From contig JBJFDJ010000011.1 in the NCBI GenBank assembly GCA_051889975.1, forward strand, positions 1,573 through 56,555: a stretch of DNA of 54,983 nt. The letters are read 5' to 3'. Made by a program: the position numbers and the translations under genes. Numbering within the stretch: the first letter of the stretch is position 1; every line of letters begins with the position of its first letter. The stretch is from Christensenellales bacterium. GTDB lineage: Bacteria > Bacillota > Clostridia > Christensenellales > UBA1242. The notes below the pieces were generated by a model. The model ran no database searches and was not told where the DNA came from. It saw only the letters and a program-made list of their open reading frames with translations. Positions 36,918-46,836 of the stretch are shown here, in pieces.

Positions 36918-37337
36918 ATGGATAAGGTAAGCAACAAAAAAGATAATAGTTTAATACTTTCAATTTTAAAAGGAAGTTTGATTGCGCTTTCAATTTCTCT
37001 TGTTGGAATTTTGTTTTTTGCGTTTATAATTAAGTTATTTGGGTTAACTGATGGTTGGATTAAGCCAATAAATCAAATAATAAAAGCCGTTTCTATTTTG
37101 GTTGGCGTGTTTTTTGCCCTAAAAAAAGACAAACAAAAAGGGCTTGTTAAGGGGCTACTTATTGGACTTGTTTACACTCTTTTAGCCTTTGTGGTTTTTA
37201 GCATTTTAAATGGTTCGTTTGGCATAGACAAATCACTTTTAACCGATGTTTTGTTTGGTGCAATTATGGGTGCAATTTGTGGCATAATTGCAGTTAATTT
37301 AAAAGGAAGAAATCAAAAAAATTACAGCAACATATAA
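36918..37337 (+). CDS. Small membrane protein, YrzE / TIGR04086-like
   Basis: The 139-aa protein has four TM helices. The N-terminus ILSILKGSLIALSISLVGILFFA resembles the YrzE family, and it neighbours yajC-tgt as yrzE does in Bacillus. AAAGGAG lies 6 nt upstream. Confidence 0.6.
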   Translation: MDKVSNKKDNSLILSILKGSLIALSISLVGILFFAFIIKLFGLTDGWIKPINQIIKAVSILVGVFFALKKDKQKGLVKGLLIGLVYTLLAFVVFSILNGSFGIDKSLLTDVLFGAIMGAICGIIAVNLKGRNQKNYSNI

Positions 37338-37360
37338 ATTTCACACTTATCATAACACAC

Positions 37361-37388
37361 AAAAAAAATGCCATAATGGCATTTTTTT
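37361..37388. terminator. Bidirectional terminator between the convergent yrzE-like and yajC genes
   Basis: The stem atgcca / tggcat (37368-37373 / 37377-37382) is flanked by A7 and T7 runs. Confidence 0.7.
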
Positions 37389-37391
37389 AAT

Positions 37392-37829
37392 TTATTCTTT
37401 GCTTTTTTGTTCTTTGGCAACTTCTGCATCTACAACTTCTGCCTTATCTTCTGCGTCTTCTGCCACATCAGATGTTTCTTCTGCACTTTCTTCTTTTGCA
37501 GGTTCGTCTTTAATAGGTTCGTCTTTAACTTCTGTTTTGCTGTCTATGTTGTAAATTGCGCCAATGTTGACATCAATATAAGAGTTTTCGCCAACTTTTA
37601 AAGTTACAACTTTGCCATCTGTTGTGTCAACAATTTTTTCAACAGTGCCATAAATTCCAGAGCCAGTTACAACTTTGTCGCCTATTTTTAAATTTGTTTG
37701 AAAATTGTTGATTGCCTCTCTATCCTTTTTGTTTTTTAACATCATCCAAGCAATGTATGCAACAAAAAGAACAAGCAATATGATTAAAAATCCATAACTT
37801 TCCCAAAAACTTTCTAATAATAAATTCAT
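37392..37829 (-). CDS. yajC: Preprotein translocase subunit YajC with an acidic C-terminal tail
   Basis: A single TM helix is followed by the YajC core LKIGDKVVTGSGIYGTVEKI. The ATG at 37829 has AAGGAG 7 nt upstream. The tail is rich in E, D and K. Confidence 0.85.
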   Translation of the reverse strand: MNLLLESFWESYGFLIILLVLFVAYIAWMMLKNKKDREAINNFQTNLKIGDKVVTGSGIYGTVEKIVDTTDGKVVTLKVGENSYIDVNIGAIYNIDSKTEVKDEPIKDEPAKEESAEETSDVAEDAEDKAEVVDAEVAKEQKSKE

Positions 37830-37883
37830 AATACATCTCCTTGTAAACAATGATAACAAAAAAATATAAAAAATCAAAATATT

Positions 37884-39044
<1,161 letters not shown>

Positions 39045-39047
39045 TTA

Positions 39048-39076
39048 ATTATATCACAAATGCACATATATATCAA
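39048..39076 (-). promoter_or_regulatory. tgt promoter TTGATA-17-TGaTATAAT, 6 nt before the ATG (leaderless type)
   Basis: The reverse complement of 39039-39076 reads TTGATA, 17 nt (ending TGA), TATAAT, taaact, ATG. No Shine-Dalgarno is present. Confidence 0.55.
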
Positions 39077-39153
39077 GCAAAATGTAAGCAAATAAGTTAT
39101 ATGGGATTTTTAAAGATTATTTTGAAAAGTATAATTAATTACTTAAAAACAAA

Positions 39154-39181
39154 CAAAAAAACACCAACAAAAGCCAGTGTT
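39154..39181 (-). terminator. Intrinsic terminator after the XRE gene
   Basis: The minus-strand RNA AACACUGGCUUUUGUUGGUGUU forms a hairpin (5 Watson-Crick pairs plus wobble pairs) followed by UUUUUUU. Confidence 0.5.
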
Positions 39182-39215
39182 AATTTATATCAATCGTGAA
39201 TCAAAATGTTGAATT

Positions 39216-39425
39216 TTATTTTTCTCTGCCAACAAGTTCGTCAATAGAAATATTTAAGGCATCGGCAAGTGACCAGCAATCGTTTACATTTGGAATGTTT
39301 ACTCCATTTTCCCAATAACTTATTGATGCATGCGTCACGCCAATAAGTTTTGCAAGTTGTTGTTGTGACATACCTTGCGACAATCTATTTAATTTTATAG
39401 ATTTGCCAATATTCCTTTTCTCCAT
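39216..39425 (-). CDS. XRE-family helix-turn-helix transcriptional regulator
   Basis: The 69-aa protein carries the HTH_3 signature LSQGMSQQQLAKLIGVTHASISYWENG. Confidence 0.85.
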   Translation of the reverse strand: MEKRNIGKSIKLNRLSQGMSQQQLAKLIGVTHASISYWENGVNIPNVNDCWSLADALNISIDELVGREK

Positions 39426-39444
39426 AAAAATAGTATATTAAGAA

Positions 39445-39488
39445 TTCTTACAAAAATGCTTGACTTGTAAGAAATCTTACAATATAAT
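39445..39488 (+). promoter_or_regulatory. Promoter TTGACT-17-TATAAT with flanking inverted-repeat operator
   Basis: TTGACT is at 39460-39465 and TATAAT at 39483-39488. ttcttacaa (39445-39453) is the exact reverse complement of ttgtaagaa (39465-39473). A third half-site, tcttacaa, is at 39475-39482. Confidence 0.65.
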
Positions 39489-39516
39489 TAGCATATTAAA
39501 CAAAAGGAGTTTTAAA

Positions 39517-40002
39517 ATGACAAAATCAAACAAAATTGGTAAAGTTTTAATTTCATTTTTGGCTGTTCTCTTTTGCTCGGTATTTTTTTGTGGATGTGTA
39601 ATACAGGGTTCAATTGAAAAATATGTCACTGTCACGGTTGAAGGCAAAGAACTAACAAAAGCAGATAATTATAAGACTGGAATAACTGTTTCTGCAGGAA
39701 CAAAAGATGAAAATAATAATATAGTTTATACTATATCAATTAAAGGCAATGTAAATAACACATCTCAAACTAACTTTAACTATTATTCATTGAAATTTGC
39801 TGTTTATGATGGAGATAAAAAATTGATAACAACTATTGAAAAATCCATAGGCAAATTGGGACATGCTGGTAGCACGGCACAAGATGATACAGATTCATCA
39901 TCAAAAGATTTTGAATTTAGCAAAGCTATCAAATCAAAATCTCAATACAGAACAGATGGTGCTTATGCTGTGTTGACATATTCTTCAGGCTGGGCTGTTT
40001 GA
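39517..40002 (+). CDS. Putative lipoprotein, beta-rich, unknown function
   Basis: The signal peptide carries the lipobox-like sequence VFFCGC. An AAGGAG SD is at 39504-39509. The mature part is rich in T, N, K and S. The ORF track starts earlier, at 39460 (TTG), which lies inside the promoter. Confidence 0.7.
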   Translation: MTKSNKIGKVLISFLAVLFCSVFFCGCVIQGSIEKYVTVTVEGKELTKADNYKTGITVSAGTKDENNNIVYTISIKGNVNNTSQTNFNYYSLKFAVYDGDKKLITTIEKSIGKLGHAGSTAQDDTDSSSKDFEFSKAIKSKSQYRTDGAYAVLTYSSGWAV

Positions 40003-40003
40003 T

Positions 40004-40032
40004 AAAAAAGTGAGCAAATGCTCACTTTTTTT
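40004..40032 (+). terminator. Intrinsic terminator of the lipoprotein gene
   Basis: The stem agtgagc / gctcact (40009-40015 / 40020-40026) is followed by TTTTTTT. Confidence 0.75.
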
Positions 40033-40151
40033 ATGTCTATGTTCGGTTGCAATTACAAACCAAATGATATTATGCCTAAAAAAAATTGATTGCACAAACA
40101 TCGTTTTTTTGTAACAATAACAAAATTATAAAACGACAAGCAAAAACAAAC

Positions 40152-41195
40152 TTACAGCAACAAACAGCTGTCGCCAAAGCTATAAAATCTGTAACCTTGT
40201 TTAACTGCTTCGTTGTAAAATTTTAGGGTGTTGTCAATGCCACAAAAACTGCTGACAAGCATAATTAGTGTGCTTTCTGGCAAGTGAAAGTTTGTTATGA
40301 GGTGGTCAACAACTTTCCACTTAAAACCCGGGTATATAAAAATTTTTGTGTCGCCAGAGTCTGCTTTAAGCTTGCCACCAAATTTTTCGGCAACAGTTTC
40401 AAGCGTTCTTACACTTGTTGTGCCAACGGCAATAATTTTGTGCCCTTCTGCCTTTGCTTTGTTTATGATGTCTGCGACTTCTTGCGTGATTTCATAATGC
40501 TCGGTGTGCATATCGTGGTTTAAGATGTTTTCGGTTGAAACTGGCCTAAAAGTTCCAAGCCCAACATTTAACAAAACTTCAACAACCTTTATGCCTTTGT
40601 CTTTTATCTTTTGCAAAAGTTCGGTTGTAAAATGAAGCCCAGCAGTTGGTGCTGCACTGCTACCTTCCACTTTGCTGTAAACTGTTTGATAACGCTCTTT
40701 GTCTTTAAGTTTTTCGTGAATATAATGAGGTAGTGGCATTGTGCCAACTTCAAGCAAGTTTTCTTCAAAAGTGCCCTTTGTTTGATAAAACTTAACTAAT
40801 GCTTCGCCCATCTCAAAATGTTGCAAAACTTCACATTTAAAGTTGTCATTAAAAGCAATAAACTCTCCAACTTTTAATCTTTTTTGTGGCTTGAGCAAAA
40901 CTTTCCAAACATTTTGCTCTTGCTTTTGTAACAAAAACACTTCAGCTTTTGCACCAGTGCTAACTTTTTTGCCAAGTAGCCTTGCAGGAATAACTCGAGT
41001 GTTGTTTACAACAAGCACATCGCCCTTGTTTAAGTAGTCAATTACATCATAAAAATGCTTGTGAGAAATTGTATCATTTTGTCTGTCATACACAAGCATT
41101 TTGCTGTGGTCGCGTGGTTCAACAGGTGTTTGTGCAATTTGACTTTCGGGCAAGTCATAATAATAAGTTTTTGTGTTATAAATATCTTTTTCCAT
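40152..41195 (-). CDS. queA: S-adenosylmethionine:tRNA ribosyltransferase-isomerase
   Basis: YDLPESQIAQTPVEPRDHSKMLV, VVNNTRVIPARL and APTAGLHFT are canonical QueA blocks. Confidence 0.93.
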   Translation of the reverse strand: MEKDIYNTKTYYYDLPESQIAQTPVEPRDHSKMLVYDRQNDTISHKHFYDVIDYLNKGDVLVVNNTRVIPARLLGKKVSTGAKAEVFLLQKQEQNVWKVLLKPQKRLKVGEFIAFNDNFKCEVLQHFEMGEALVKFYQTKGTFEENLLEVGTMPLPHYIHEKLKDKERYQTVYSKVEGSSAAPTAGLHFTTELLQKIKDKGIKVVEVLLNVGLGTFRPVSTENILNHDMHTEHYEITQEVADIINKAKAEGHKIIAVGTTSVRTLETVAEKFGGKLKADSGDTKIFIYPGFKWKVVDHLITNFHLPESTLIMLVSSFCGIDNTLKFYNEAVKQGYRFYSFGDSCLLL

Positions 41196-41264
41196 TTTTA
41201 AAATTTGTCCAGTGAGTTAATTTTTAATCATATCATTTTGTTAGCAGAAAAACACTTGTTGATA

Positions 41265-42317
41265 CTAATTATCAATTTGTGGTTTTATGCTGTTTATTGT
41301 TTCCTTTATGCTGTCTGGGATTTTTCGGTCATAATGCTCATACGCCTTTGCAAGACATACTCTGCCACGTGGTGTGCGCGCAATAAAACCAATTTGCAAC
41401 AGATATGGCTCGTAAACATCTTCAATTGTTGTTGCCTCTTCGCCAGTGCTTGCTGCAAGGGTATCAAGCCCAACTGGCTTGCCACCAAAGCGGTCTATCA
41501 TTGTCAAAATTATGCGTTTGTCAGTGTAATCGAGCCCCAAACTGTCAATTTCCATAATGTCCAGTGCTTTTTTTGTGATTGGCAATGTTATGCTTGAACT
41601 GCCCTCAACTTCGGCAAAGTCACGCACTCTTTTTAAAAGCCTGTTGGCAATACGAGGCGTTCCACGACTGCGAAGCGCAAGTTCTTTGCTGGCATCTGCA
41701 TCCAAATTCATACCCAAAATGTTTGCAGAACGATTTATGATTGTTTGCAGTTCTTCGGTTGTATAATTTTCTAGTCTTGCAAGCACGCCAAAACGGTCAC
41801 GAAGGGGTGCAGACAAATTGCCTGCCTTTGTGGTTGCACCAATGAGTGTAAAAGGTTGAATTTTAAGTCTCATTGCCCTTGCACTTGGGCCTTTGCCCAC
41901 AACAAAATCAAGAGCAAAATCTTCCATTGCAGGATACAAAATTTCTTCCACGCTTTTGTTTAAGCGGTGAATTTCGTCAATGAACAAAACATCATTTTTT
42001 TGCAAGTTTGTGAGTATGCTGGCAAGGTCTGCCCCACTTTCAATTGCTGGCCCACTTGTGACCTTCATTTGCACGCCAAGTTCGTTTGCAATGATGTGAG
42101 AAAGTGTTGTTTTGCCAAGTCCCGGTGGACCATACAAAAGCACGTGGTCTAGTGCTTCGTTTCTGTTTAGTGCAGCTTTTATAAAAACATCAAGTTGTGA
42201 CTTGATTTTTGCCTGTCCAACATAGTCTTGTATTCTGGTTGGGCGAAGTTTGTTTTCAATTTCTGCATCACTTTCGTTTTTGGTGCTTGTGATAAATCTG
42301 TTATCTATATTTTCCAT
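41265..42317 (-). CDS. ruvB: Holliday junction DNA helicase RuvB
   Basis: [12 protein letters not shown], Walker [16 protein letters not shown] and the sensor blocks are present. The length is 350 aa. Confidence 0.96.
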   Translation of the reverse strand: MENIDNRFITSTKNESDAEIENKLRPTRIQDYVGQAKIKSQLDVFIKAALNRNEALDHVLLYGPPGLGKTTLSHIIANELGVQMKVTSGPAIESGADLASILTNLQKNDVLFIDEIHRLNKSVEEILYPAMEDFALDFVVGKGPSARAMRLKIQPFTLIGATTKAGNLSAPLRDRFGVLARLENYTTEELQTIINRSANILGMNLDADASKELALRSRGTPRIANRLLKRVRDFAEVEGSSSITLPITKKALDIMEIDSLGLDYTDKRIILTMIDRFGGKPVGLDTLAASTGEEATTIEDVYEPYLLQIGFIARTPRGRVCLAKAYEHYDRKIPDSIKETINSIKPQIDN

Positions 42318-42502
42318 ATTACCCCTAAAAAAGTTTTATTCTTTTCACTTTTTGGCACTTGCATAGCACCAATTTTTATTTATTTGCACTGCTTTAAAAT
42401 CTTATCAAAGTTTGTTGAAATATTTTTTAAATAAAGCAAAAATATTGTCAAAATAAGTTTTTAAATTTTATCGCCAATTTTGTGTTAATTGCAACATAAA
42501 AT

Positions 42503-43090
42503 CTATAAACTTCTCAACACTTTTTGAATTAAGTCTTCTGCTTTATCGTCTGGCCCAGCAAGTTCTCTTAAACGCTTTGTTGCGTCATATTTTGTTAAGC
42601 CAAGGCTGACCAAAACATTGATTGCATATTCAAATTCTTGAGAAATTGCAACTTCGCCAGTTGGTGCCATTTTGTCAATGAGTGGCAAGTTGTCTATCTT
42701 TTCTTTTAACTCTAAAATAATGCGTTCTGCCGTCTTTTTGCCAATGCCTTTGATTTTGCTAATTGATGTGGCATCGCCACCTAAAATTGCAGTTGCCAAA
42801 TCATAAATGCTAATTTCACTAAGTATTGAAATCGCAGTTTTTGGACCAATGCCACCAACAGAAGTCAGTTTTAAAAACATTGATTTTTCTTCGCTTGTTG
42901 CAAAGCCAAAAAGCGACATCTCGTCTTCTCTCACATTTAAAAATGTGTAAACTTTAACATTTTCACCAATATTGCCAAGTTTTTGAATTGTGTTTTGACT
43001 TGCCAATATTTCAAAGCCAACACCATTGCAACTAATTAAAAGTGTGTTGTTGTTTATGTCTTCTAATTTTCCTTGAATAAATCCTATCAT
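42503..43090 (-). CDS. ruvA: Holliday junction DNA helicase RuvA
   Basis: The N-terminus MIGFIQGKL, the double HhH region (LTSVGGIGPKTA, IKGIGKKTAERI) and the C-terminal domain III are present. Confidence 0.93.
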   Translation of the reverse strand: MIGFIQGKLEDINNNTLLISCNGVGFEILASQNTIQKLGNIGENVKVYTFLNVREDEMSLFGFATSEEKSMFLKLTSVGGIGPKTAISILSEISIYDLATAILGGDATSISKIKGIGKKTAERIILELKEKIDNLPLIDKMAPTGEVAISQEFEYAINVLVSLGLTKYDATKRLRELAGPDDKAEDLIQKVLRSL

Positions 43091-43232
43091 AAAAATCCTT
43101 TTTGTTTATAATTTAAGTCATAAACTTAAAATTGCAAAAATTTTATTCCTTCAATTTTGCTATGACTTTTGATTGTTTTTTGGGTTATGTTTAAACTATA
43201 AAACCTTAGCTATGTTTTAAAATAACATAATT

Positions 43233-43727
43233 TTATTTAACATCAAATCCACCCAAGGTTTGATTTGTTTGGCTGTGAGTTATGGCAACAGCAAGGGCGT
43301 CTGCTGCGTCATCTGGCTTTGGTATGCTATTAAGCCCCAAAATTGCTTTGACCATATATTGCACTTGTTTTTTTTCTGCCCTTCCAACACCTGTGAGCGC
43401 TTGCTTTATTTGAAGTGGCGTATATTCATAAAGCCTGCCAATTTTTTTCATTCCTGCAAGTTCTATAACTCCCCTTGCTTGCGCAACAGCAATTGCTGTT
43501 TTTTGGTTGTTTTGAAAAAACAATTCCTCAAGTGCCATACAATCTGGCTTGTATTTGTCAATTAAGGCACACAAACTGTCGTAAATATCATTTAATCGCT
43601 TTGGCATGCTGTCTTCTTTTGGTGTTGTGATAACGCCATAATCAATGACTTTTATGTTACTACCAATTTTTTCAATGACACCAAATCCAACAATTGCATA
43701 ACCCGGGTCTATGCCAAGAATTATCAT
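43233..43727 (-). CDS. ruvC: Crossover junction endodeoxyribonuclease RuvC
   Basis: MIILGIDPGYAIVGFGVIE, with the catalytic D and E residues (LEELFF) and DAADALAVA. The ATG at 43727 is preceded by AAGAGG. The ORF-track GTG at 43733 lies inside that SD. Confidence 0.92.
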   Translation of the reverse strand: MIILGIDPGYAIVGFGVIEKIGSNIKVIDYGVITTPKEDSMPKRLNDIYDSLCALIDKYKPDCMALEELFFQNNQKTAIAVAQARGVIELAGMKKIGRLYEYTPLQIKQALTGVGRAEKKQVQYMVKAILGLNSIPKPDDAADALAVAITHSQTNQTLGGFDVK

Positions 43728-43886
43728 TTGCACCTCTTAAAACATTTGTTCTAGTATATGTTATATTTTTTGTTAAAAAAAGTCAAGTGATAAGCCATAT
43801 TAAAAAGTTTTTAAAATACAAAATTATGTATTTACAAACGGGTTGTTATATGTTACAATTTATAAAAGTTAATTTAAGGAGAAATT

Positions 43887-45554
43887 ATGTCAGACAAACA
43901 AATTTATACTTTTCCAAATGGTTCCACACTGGTTTATTACAAACACAACTACAACAAGTGCACAGATGTAAATGTTGGTTTTAGAATTCCACTCATTGAC
44001 ATTCCAAATCCTAATGAAGTTGTTGGAACATACAAAAATGTTGTGTTTTATATGGATGAAAACAACAATTTAAGAATTCCACGCATCAAACCGGGCATTG
44101 CGCACATGGTTGAACATATGTTTTTTACTTCGCTACCAGACCTTCCAAAAAGTGAAATATTTAACAAATTGCAAAGAACAAACACAATATATAATGCCGA
44201 AACTTCGCAAGACTATGTTAAAACAGAATTTAATTGTCCAAGCAAGTTTGTTGATGAAATCTTTGAACTAGAAAGCAGATTGTTGTTTAGAGATGGATAC
44301 AACAAAGAAGATTTGGACAACGAAAAGAAGCCTATTTTTCAAGAACTTGAAATGGTTATTGACAACAAATCAACAGATGTGATTGATATGTTAACCAATA
44401 ACATGGAAACTTTAACAGAAGAAGAAATTTTGGGACTTGACAAACTTGTTATTGACTCCATAACCGAAAAACAACTCATAAGATTTGCAAAGACTTATTT
44501 TACAAAAGAAAATTTAGTTATGACTGTTTCTAGCGACCTTCCTTTTGAAAAAATTAAAGAGCTTTGTGAAAAAAATTTTGTTGAAAAAGCACCATCAATT
44601 ATCGAAACAAAAATCACCACTCCACCAAGACAATACGAGTTTTATAACGACATTATGTATTTAACACCAAGTGCTGAAAGCAAAACATCAACAATAGAAT
44701 TTATTTTAAAAGGCTCAACCGACTACGAAAAAAATGACATATTCACAAACATTGAAGATTTTTTGTTAAATAGCTTTAATGGCAGATTGTTTAACAAGTT
44801 TAGAAATAACAATGGTCTAGTTTACACTCCTGCGTTTTACACTCTTGATATGCCACAACAACCATTTAAAATATTTTCAATTCAAACAACGCCAAAAAAT
44901 GTTAGAACATGTATGGCAAATTTAACTGAAGTGCTTGATGATTTGTTGACAAACGGAATTACAGACGAAGAATTTTCTGGATTTAAAGAAATGTGGGAAA
45001 ATCGCCGAGAACGAAAATCAGCAATAAAATATAACTCAGCAGAAACTTTGTTTAACAAAATGATTTATAACCAACCTTTGTTTGTAAGTGACTTTTATGA
45101 AAAGACAAGAAGTTTGACAAAAGAAGAAATAAACAAGTATATTTGGGAAATCTATTCTAAATCAAAATTGTGCGTATTTGTAAGTGGAAATTACAACAAA
45201 AAGGACCTTATGCCACTTCAAACAATTTTGGCAAAATATAGACCATATGATAAATACATTAACAAAAATCTCATTGACCATGACGAAGCAAAACAATTGA
45301 ATGAATATTTGGTATATTATGCACAACACCCAAATGAAAAAACTCAAATTCATTTTGTTGGCGAAGAAGAAGCAAAATTATTAGAGAAAAAACAGGCAAA
45401 AGAAAAGCAAGATAAATCAAAATCAAACAAACAAAAAAGTGTAACAAACAAGAAAAAGAAGACAAACAAAAACCTGCAAACAAAAAAACAAAAAGATATG
45501 CAAAAAATAAAACAAAGCAAAAAAGATAAAAAATTGCAGGAACAAACACTTTAA
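43887..45554 (+). CDS. M16-family peptidase-like protein with an N-terminal insertion and a Lys-rich C-terminal tail
   Basis: The motif HMVEHMFF (HxxEH) is followed by NAETSQDY..TEF and EKKPIFQELE. An AAGGAG SD lies 5 nt upstream. The last 70 or so residues are K/Q/N-rich low complexity. Confidence 0.7.
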   Translation: MSDKQIYTFPNGSTLVYYKHNYNKCTDVNVGFRIPLIDIPNPNEVVGTYKNVVFYMDENNNLRIPRIKPGIAHMVEHMFFTSLPDLPKSEIFNKLQRTNTIYNAETSQDYVKTEFNCPSKFVDEIFELESRLLFRDGYNKEDLDNEKKPIFQELEMVIDNKSTDVIDMLTNNMETLTEEEILGLDKLVIDSITEKQLIRFAKTYFTKENLVMTVSSDLPFEKIKELCEKNFVEKAPSIIETKITTPPRQYEFYNDIMYLTPSAESKTSTIEFILKGSTDYEKNDIFTNIEDFLLNSFNGRLFNKFRNNNGLVYTPAFYTLDMPQQPFKIFSIQTTPKNVRTCMANLTEVLDDLLTNGITDEEFSGFKEMWENRRERKSAIKYNSAETLFNKMIYNQPLFVSDFYEKTRSLTKEEINKYIWEIYSKSKLCVFVSGNYNKKDLMPLQTILAKYRPYDKYINKNLIDHDEAKQLNEYLVYYAQHPNEKTQIHFVGEEEAKLLEKKQAKEKQDKSKSNKQKSVTNKKKKTNKNLQTKKQKDMQKIKQSKKDKKLQEQTL

Positions 45555-45602
45555 TTTAAACTTTTAACAAAAAAGTTTTTAAATCAAAAAATTAAATAAG
45601 TT

Positions 45603-45637
45603 AAAAATACGGCAAATAATTGTGCCGTATTTTTTTA
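45603..45637 (+). terminator. Intrinsic terminator of the M16-like gene
   Basis: The stem atacggca / tgccgtat (45607-45614 / 45623-45630) is followed by TTTTTTT. Confidence 0.75.
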
Positions 45638-45814
45638 AAAAGTTAACAATTAATGTAACTATATATGCTTAGGTTTTTATTAAAAAGCAAACAAAAAATC
45701 AAAAAAATTTTTTGTTTTGTTACAGGTTTTGTTTAATATATTTGCAATGAAATTTTTCTGTTTTTTAAATATGGGCTTGATGTTTATATTTTTTAACACG
45801 CTAAAAATTAATAT

Positions 45815-45846
45815 AAAAAAACAAGTCTTAAAACTTGTTTTTTTTA
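45815..45846. terminator. Terminator immediately downstream of yebC
   Basis: The stem aacaagt / acttgtt (45820-45826 / 45833-45839) is flanked by A and T runs. It starts 2 nt from the yebC stop. Confidence 0.65.
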
Positions 45847-45847
45847 A

Positions 45848-46576
45848 CTAATCTTTTAAATTAACATTGTGATATACATCTTGAACATCGTCGTTGTTTT
45901 CAAGTTCGTCTAACATCTTTTGAAAAACTGCGTATTTGTCATCATCAAGGTCAACATAACTTTGTGGCACCAAACTTACATCTGCGCTTAAAAATGTTAA
46001 GCCTTTGTTTTGAAGATAATCTCTAACTTCGTTAAAGTTTGCTGAACTTGTTACAACTGTGTAAACATCGTCGTCGGTTACAACATCGTCAGCACCTGCT
46101 TCTAAACCCCACTCCAAAATTTCGTCTTCACTATGACCACAATTTTTGTCAATTACAATTTGACCTAGTCTGTCAAACATAAATGACACGCAATTTGTGT
46201 TGCCAAGTGCACCACCATGTTTGTCAAATGCGTGACGAACATCGCCTGCTGTTCTGTTTTTGTTGTCGGTTAAGCAATTTACAATAACAGCACTGCCACC
46301 AATGCCATAGCCTTCATAAGTTATATCTTCATAATTGCCACCACTTGCTTCACCACTTGCCTTTTTTATGCAACGAGTGATGTTGTCATTTGGCATATTG
46401 TTTGCTTTTGCCTTTGCAATTGCGTCCCTAAGTTTTGGATTGCTGTTTGGGTCTGCCCCACCAAGTTTTACGGCAACGCTGATAATCTTGCCATATTTGG
46501 TAAATAGTTTACCCCTTAATGCATCCATTTTGCCCTTTGTTTGTTTGATATTGTTCCACTTACTATGTCCTGACAT
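45848..46576 (-). CDS. YebC/PmpR-family DNA-binding transcriptional regulator
   Basis: [27 protein letters not shown] is the canonical YebC N-terminus. The length is 242 aa. Confidence 0.93.
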   Translation of the reverse strand: MSGHSKWNNIKQTKGKMDALRGKLFTKYGKIISVAVKLGGADPNSNPKLRDAIAKAKANNMPNDNITRCIKKASGEASGGNYEDITYEGYGIGGSAVIVNCLTDNKNRTAGDVRHAFDKHGGALGNTNCVSFMFDRLGQIVIDKNCGHSEDEILEWGLEAGADDVVTDDDVYTVVTSSANFNEVRDYLQNKGLTFLSADVSLVPQSYVDLDDDKYAVFQKMLDELENNDDVQDVYHNVNLKD

Positions 46577-46601
46577 AAAAACCTTCTTTGTAATAAATTT
46601 T

Positions 46602-46700
46602 TTTAATGCATAAATCTTTTTAATTAATTTTGCTTTAACGCATAACTACTTTTTAAATTAATTTTGTTTTAATGCACAAACTCTTTTATTATTTTATCAT
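46602..46700. repeat. Three imperfect tandem direct repeats of about 33 bp in the yebC upstream region
   Basis: The units start at 46602, 46634 and 46668. They read ttaatgcataaatctttttaattaattttgct, ttaacgcataactactttttaaattaattttgtt and ttaatgcacaaactcttttattattttatcata. Confidence 0.6.
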
Positions 46701-46836
46701 ATTTTGCCACAAAAGAAAAGTGCTTTATAAAAATTTTTATAATTAATACAAATTTTATTAAAAACACTAAATTTGTTGTTTGTAAAAAACTTGCTTTTTC
46801 ATGTATTTTTTAAACTATTTTATCTTGTTGGCAATA

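Noticed and set aside
42358-42371. 14-mer ttgcatagcaccaa shared between the ruvA-ruvB spacer (42358-42371) and the pnp-deacetylase spacer (24836-24849).
   Set aside because: Several exact 14-mer coincidences are expected by chance in 55 kb (more in AT-rich DNA). There is no extended similarity on either side.
46602-46700. Whether the tandem repeats upstream of yebC are a degenerate CRISPR array.
   Set aside because: The units are contiguous with no spacers, imperfect, AT-rich and only three in number. No cas genes are in the window.
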